Below, in pieces: positions 59,812-64,000 of a stretch of 64,000 nucleotides of DNA. Positions within the stretch are counted from its first letter, which is position 1, and each line of letters starts with the position of its first letter. The notes beneath the pieces are model-generated. The model worked only from the letters and a program-made list of their open reading frames with translations. It made no database searches and had not been told where the DNA came from. Origin of the DNA: an uncultured Acidobacteriota bacterium (lineage in GTDB: Bacteria; Acidobacteriota; UBA6911); contig CAWEJX010000009.1 in the NCBI GenBank assembly GCA_963809485.1, positions 89,443-153,442 of the forward strand. Reading direction: 5' to 3'. The position numbers and the translations under genes are program-made.

Positions 59812-60888
59812 TTGGAAAACACAGACAAAGTTTATGTCGAGCTTCAAAAGCACCTGGACAAACAGGCAGTGGGGTTTCCTGCCACTAAAACAGGAGTGGA
59901 GCTCCGTATCCTTAAAGAGCTTTTCACGCCGGAACAGGCCGGAATGGCGCTCCGCTTAAGCGTCGAACCGAAATCAGTGATACAAGTGCATGAAGAGATG
60001 AAGGCGTCCGGCATTACCGTGGAAAAAGTCGCCCAACTGCTCATCGAGATGGTTAAGAACGGTGCTATCACGGCGAAAGAAGAAAAAGGCAATTATTATT
60101 TCTTTACCATGCCGCTGCTCGTCGGTATTGCGGAAATGCATGGCGGCCGGGCTACGCCTCAATTCTGGCAAGATTTTTCCAGCTATATGGCAGGGGAATT
60201 CGGCAAGGCATATAACAGCACTAAAACATCGCAGATGCGCACCATCCCGGTTGGAAAGAGCATTACTGTCGAGCATCATGTCACCACTTATGACAATATC
60301 CGGGACATAATTAATAATACTTGTGACCCTATTGTCATCAATCGATGCATGTGCCGGATGGGAGCAGCGGCGCGAGGCAATCCCTGCAAAAAGACCCACC
60401 GTGAAGAAACCTGCATGGCCTTTGGCGAATGGGCTAAGCTGGCGGTAAAAGGGGGTGCCCAGCCCATCTCTAAAGAAGAAGCCTTGGGAATTATGAGCCA
60501 GAATGAAGAGGACGGGCTCGTCCTGCAGCCGAACAACTACCAGAATGTGGATTTCGTCTGCGCTTGCTGCGGATGCTGCTGCGGTATTCTGATGCTGCAA
60601 AAAGCTTTGCCTGATCCGGCTATAGTCTGGGCGCACAACTATTATGCGGCGGTGGATGCGGGGTCTTGCGTGGGATGCGGCACGTGCGTGGAACGCTGTC
60701 AGGTCAACGCTATAAAGATTGACGCAAATAACGGCGCGGCCGTGATAAGTCTGGAGCGGTGCATCGGCTGCGGCAATTGTGTAGTCACCTGCTCCTCAGA
60801 AGCCATGAAACTTGTGAAAAAAGCTGAAGAAACCGTACCTCCCGCGGACGCTCCCGCGCTTTACAAGATGCTGGCCGAAAGGATGTAG
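59812..60888 (+). CDS. 4Fe-4S dicluster binding protein
   Basis: CMCR, 'CACCGCCCG', two CxxCxxCxxxC ferredoxin motifs. Confidence 0.88.
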   Translation: MENTDKVYVELQKHLDKQAVGFPATKTGVELRILKELFTPEQAGMALRLSVEPKSVIQVHEEMKASGITVEKVAQLLIEMVKNGAITAKEEKGNYYFFTMPLLVGIAEMHGGRATPQFWQDFSSYMAGEFGKAYNSTKTSQMRTIPVGKSITVEHHVTTYDNIRDIINNTCDPIVINRCMCRMGAAARGNPCKKTHREETCMAFGEWAKLAVKGGAQPISKEEALGIMSQNEEDGLVLQPNNYQNVDFVCACCGCCCGILMLQKALPDPAIVWAHNYYAAVDAGSCVGCGTCVERCQVNAIKIDANNGAAVISLERCIGCGNCVVTCSSEAMKLVKKAEETVPPADAPALYKMLAERM

Positions 60889-61138
60889 CTAACGCGTGGA
60901 CCCTTTGTTTATAAGCCTCGGCGCGTTTTAATGGGTTTAGTTCTTTTCAACTCTTTCGCGAGAATTTTTGCTACCCCGGTGCTGCCCCGATAAATCAGCA
61001 GTTGCCTTAGTCGCAGAACCATAAATTTGACTAACTCCCCATCAGGAAGCTTCAAATAACTGAGGAAGTCAGCATTAACGGCTGCAATTGACACTTTGGC
61101 GTTATCTCCCAGATCACGATCTGAGGAGTCAGAGTATC

Positions 61139-61543
61139 TCACTTTACCGGTTCAATAGAATTTTGTTTATTTGAATCATCCGGATTTTCGTTCAAAGGCA
61201 GTTTGGGCTTTTTAAGTGCCCTGACAATTAAAAGCACAATGGATGCCAGCCATCCCAGGGGATAAGGCAGCACAAGTATTCCCCACCACCATGACAATGC
61301 TCCTTTGCCAAAACCGCCGAACGATGAAAAGAAAAACAGGAAAAAAACGCCAACAACGATCAGGGTAGAAAATGTCAGAAATAGTTTTCTATGCCGGTCA
61401 CGCCTCAAATATGCTGATATCGTCATAATGATGCTTCCTGCCACTATTACGACGGATCCTTCCAGCGGGTCCAGAGCACCGATGATCAGTGCAACAACAC
61501 CGATAATGAAAAGAGCCTTGAGAAATGTGAGTTTCCTTTTCAT
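61139..61543 (-). CDS. Small membrane protein, function unknown
   Basis: GGAGG RBS, about four hydrophobic segments, 'GALDPLEGS', 'LPYPLGW'. Confidence 0.75.
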   Translation of the reverse strand: MKRKLTFLKALFIIGVVALIIGALDPLEGSVVIVAGSIIMTISAYLRRDRHRKLFLTFSTLIVVGVFFLFFFSSFGGFGKGALSWWWGILVLPYPLGWLASIVLLIVRALKKPKLPLNENPDDSNKQNSIEPVK

Positions 61544-61686
61544 GCTAGCCTCCCGAGCCTGGCGCTGTTACCCCATGATTGAAGCCATGGAAGCTGATCA
61601 ACGCAGCGTCATTGCTCCTATCTCTAATAGCGATATTTTCTCTGAAGAATTATAGCAAATAGTGTCTTTCGGGGTCGGTTGATCCC

Positions 61687-61885
61687 CCCCCTGATGGCCA
61701 TCTCAAGTGCTCCACCTGTGGCCACGTCAAAATACCCCACCCCCAAAAACACTTATGGGGGGATGAAAAAGGGAATAACTATTTGCCACAATGAGTTACT
61801 GGCATAGCAAAACCCATAACATAATTTCATGCTGGGGTACCAGCACCTGGCCACAGGTGGGGTATTTGTTAGTGGCCATCCGGGG
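61687..61885. mobile_element. Internally deleted IS21-like miniature element
   Basis: Imperfect terminal inverted repeats CCCTGATGGCCATCTCAAGTGCTCCACCTGTGGCCA / TGGCCACAGGTGGGGGTATTTGTTAGTGGCCATCCGGG with reiterated TGGCCA units; family assigned from memory of IS21-type ends. Confidence 0.5.
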
Positions 61886-61889
61886 CAAC

Positions 61890-62760
61890 ATCATCGGATC
61901 GATTGCACATGCGGTGGTTCAAAGCGATTTACATCCGGCGCGGATTTTTACGGTGATCATCGGCGCATCTTCGAAAGGGAGAAAGGGGATCGCCTGCAGC
62001 ACTCCAAAAGAAATACTCAGCCGGATTGACAACCACTGGTCGGATCGCAGAGTAAGATCCGGCCTGTCCTCCGGAGAAGGGCTGATATATCACGTCCGAG
62101 ACCAACTTGTAAAAACAGTTCCGGTCAGGAAAAAGGGAAGGATTTCGATTATGAGGAAGAGCTCGAGGATGCAGGCGAATCCGACAAGCGGCTGCTTTGT
62201 ATCGAGCCCGAATTCTCGACCATGCTGAAAATCATGGGGAGAGAAGGCAATAGCCTATCAGGCGTTATCCGCCAGGCGTGGAATACAGGGAGTCTTTGCA
62301 CCTTAACCCGAAACAATCCTCTCCATGCAACCGGCGCGCATGTGTCCATTATCGGGCACACAACAAAGGACGAACTGATACGATCGATTTCGGCTGCCGA
62401 ACAGGGCAACGGCTTTGCCAATAGATTCCTTTGGCTGCTCGCCCAAAGGTCCAAAGCGCTCCCCACACGGTGCGCCTTTGCCGGAAGAAATATTGCATGA
62501 ATTAGCCGGCAGACTAGGCAGGGCAACAGCTTTCGGAGGAAATGCCGGCGCGATCTTGAATCGAGCCGAGGCACAGGTGCTTCGGCTAAGCCTGCTCTAT
62601 GCTCTTTTGGATTGCTCCAGCACAATCCGCGTAGAACATCTCCAGGCGGCCCTGGCTGTTTGGGACTATTGCGAGGTATCGGTGAGATACATTTTCGGAA
62701 CGAAAGACCGGGAATCCCGTTGCGGATCGCATCATCGAAGCCGTGCGGGAATCTATTTGC
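61890..62760 (+). pseudogene. DUF3987/YfjI-like replication-associated protein, frameshifted remnant
   Basis: 'IIGASSKGRKG', 'GLSSGEGLIYHVRD', 'DKRLLCIEPEF', 'REGNSLSGVIRQAW', 'GFANRFLW', 'EHLQAALAVWDYCE' spread over several frames. Confidence 0.7.
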
Positions 62761-62980
62761 GGATATCTCACCGATGACGAAATCGGCAGGCTTTGTGGTG
62801 GACACAGGACGCATAAAAAAACCCATGCTCTCCACTTTTTGCATCAAATTGGCTGGTTGATAAAAGAAACCAGGCAGACCAAGGGACACAGCCGGTAACC
62901 ATTTGGAGAGTTGTTTAGCAGGTAATCAGGACACCTTTTCTCTCTTATCTCGCTTTTCTCGCAACCTGTGGAGTTTTCAC

Positions 62981-63313
62981 ATGAGCTTCCTGAAAGGAAA
63001 ACAGTACCTGTTTCCCGGGAAAACTCCCGACAAGCCGTTTTACGACCTGAAACGGCAGTTTGAAAAGGCGGTTTCTGCCGCAAACCTCGACGGAGTGACG
63101 TTTCATGTGCTCCGCCACACTTGCGCGAGCCATCTCGTAATGTCGGGCGTGGATCTGGCAACCGTCAAAGAGATCATGCGCCATAAGACGATCGAGATGA
63201 CTTTGCGCTATGCCCACCTTTCACCGGAACATAAGAAGTCGGCAATCGCCGCACTCGAATCTGCTCTTACACCGAAAAAGGAGAAGAAAGAGAATAAGGC
63301 AAAGATAGCCTGA
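62981..63313 (+). pseudogene. C-terminal fragment of the island's tyrosine integrase
   Basis: 'FHVLRHTCASHLVMSGVDL..VKEIMRHKTIEMTLRYAHL'; lies 90 bp from the tRNA 3' end; N-terminal part absent. Confidence 0.85.
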
Positions 63314-63402
63314 TTACCCCCACCCTACCCCCAAAGGGGATTTGAGCAATGAGAAGCCAGAAGGGATTTCGAGCCGAAAGTCAAACAGGAGAATGAGTTA
63401 GC

Positions 63403-63478
<76 letters not shown>

Positions 63479-63778
63479 ACAAATCAAGGCCCCGCTACCT
63501 TCATAATCGAAACAGGATCAAATCCTGATTCGAGCGAACGCATCCGCCTTGTGTGGCGGAGAGAGTGTACCACAGCCCCTTCCGGTAATTGAAGCTGTCT
63601 TCGGAGTTTTGCATTTTGGCGGTTTCTGGAGGAGACCAGACATGAGCCGGAGCAACACGCCAAAGGTTGCGTCGCCGAAGCTGTTATCAGCGGGCGCCAT
63701 TGCGCAATGCGAAAGCAGTACCGAATCGAAGTCCCCAGTTGACAGAAAGAAAGACGCGAAGGATATAATTAATGAGTG

Positions 63779-64000
63779 ATGAATAGGACACCCGGCAGCC
63801 CTTTTGAATCCTTCCAGTGGTCGCCCCAGCCTGAGGCCTTCAGCTTCCTCCGCCGGCTGGTCCGCGATTTTCTCGAGGCATGCCCCGAAGCGGCGGCGTT
63901 TGCTTGCCGGATGAGCGAGGAGACGGGCACCCGCTTTATCGACTGGATCGACCACATCCGTTTGAACCGCGGCGACCGCAGGGTAGCCGAGCTTGAGGGC
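63779..64000 (+). CDS. Hypothetical protein, 5' part (runs off the window)
   Basis: Open frame MNRTPGSPFESFQWSPQPEA...ETGTRFIDWIDHI; TTGACA (63739) and TATAAT (63764) lie upstream with a 19-nt spacer. Confidence 0.6.
   Translation, partial: MNRTPGSPFESFQWSPQPEAFSFLRRLVRDFLEACPEAAAFACRMSEETGTRFIDWIDHIRLNRGDRRVAELEG

Noticed and set aside
60909-61142. 77-aa ORF overlapping the end of the membrane protein gene
   Set aside because: No recognisable motif; cannot be distinguished from a chance ORF.

Overview
Bacterial chromosomal window, probably from an anaerobic Acidobacteriota-like organism. This assignment is inferred from an Oar-type TonB receptor remnant, exported Ig-like repeat proteins, split cobalamin-dependent methyltransferase genes and a UroD-family gene. 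The first ~49 kb holds ordinary metabolic and housekeeping genes: pyruvate carboxylase subunits, an EF-G paralog, split methionine-synthase-like domains, a transketolase/SDR/GH43 sugar operon, parE/parC, MFS transporters and an A-T-TE NRPS-like gene. This part is interspersed with six co-oriented copies of a ~403-bp non-coding element. The element has IS200/IS605-like subterminal hairpins and no transposase, and it carries a nested, heavily base-paired core (two 26-bp perfect stems around a multi-branch junction). Related pieces with the same ends also occur: one with different cargo, a 44-bp single-hairpin unit, and a duplicated end. Two pairs of copies bracket passenger genes, and one pair looks like a composite transposon with decayed inner ends. 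The last ~14 kb (49405-63478) is a decayed genomic island at tRNA-Arg(CCT), bounded by a displaced, covarying tRNA 3' half. It contains an integrase + IS91-family element that splits a hybrid sensor kinase at a GGAC tetranucleotide. All calls come from reading motifs by eye; no database searches or folding programs were run.
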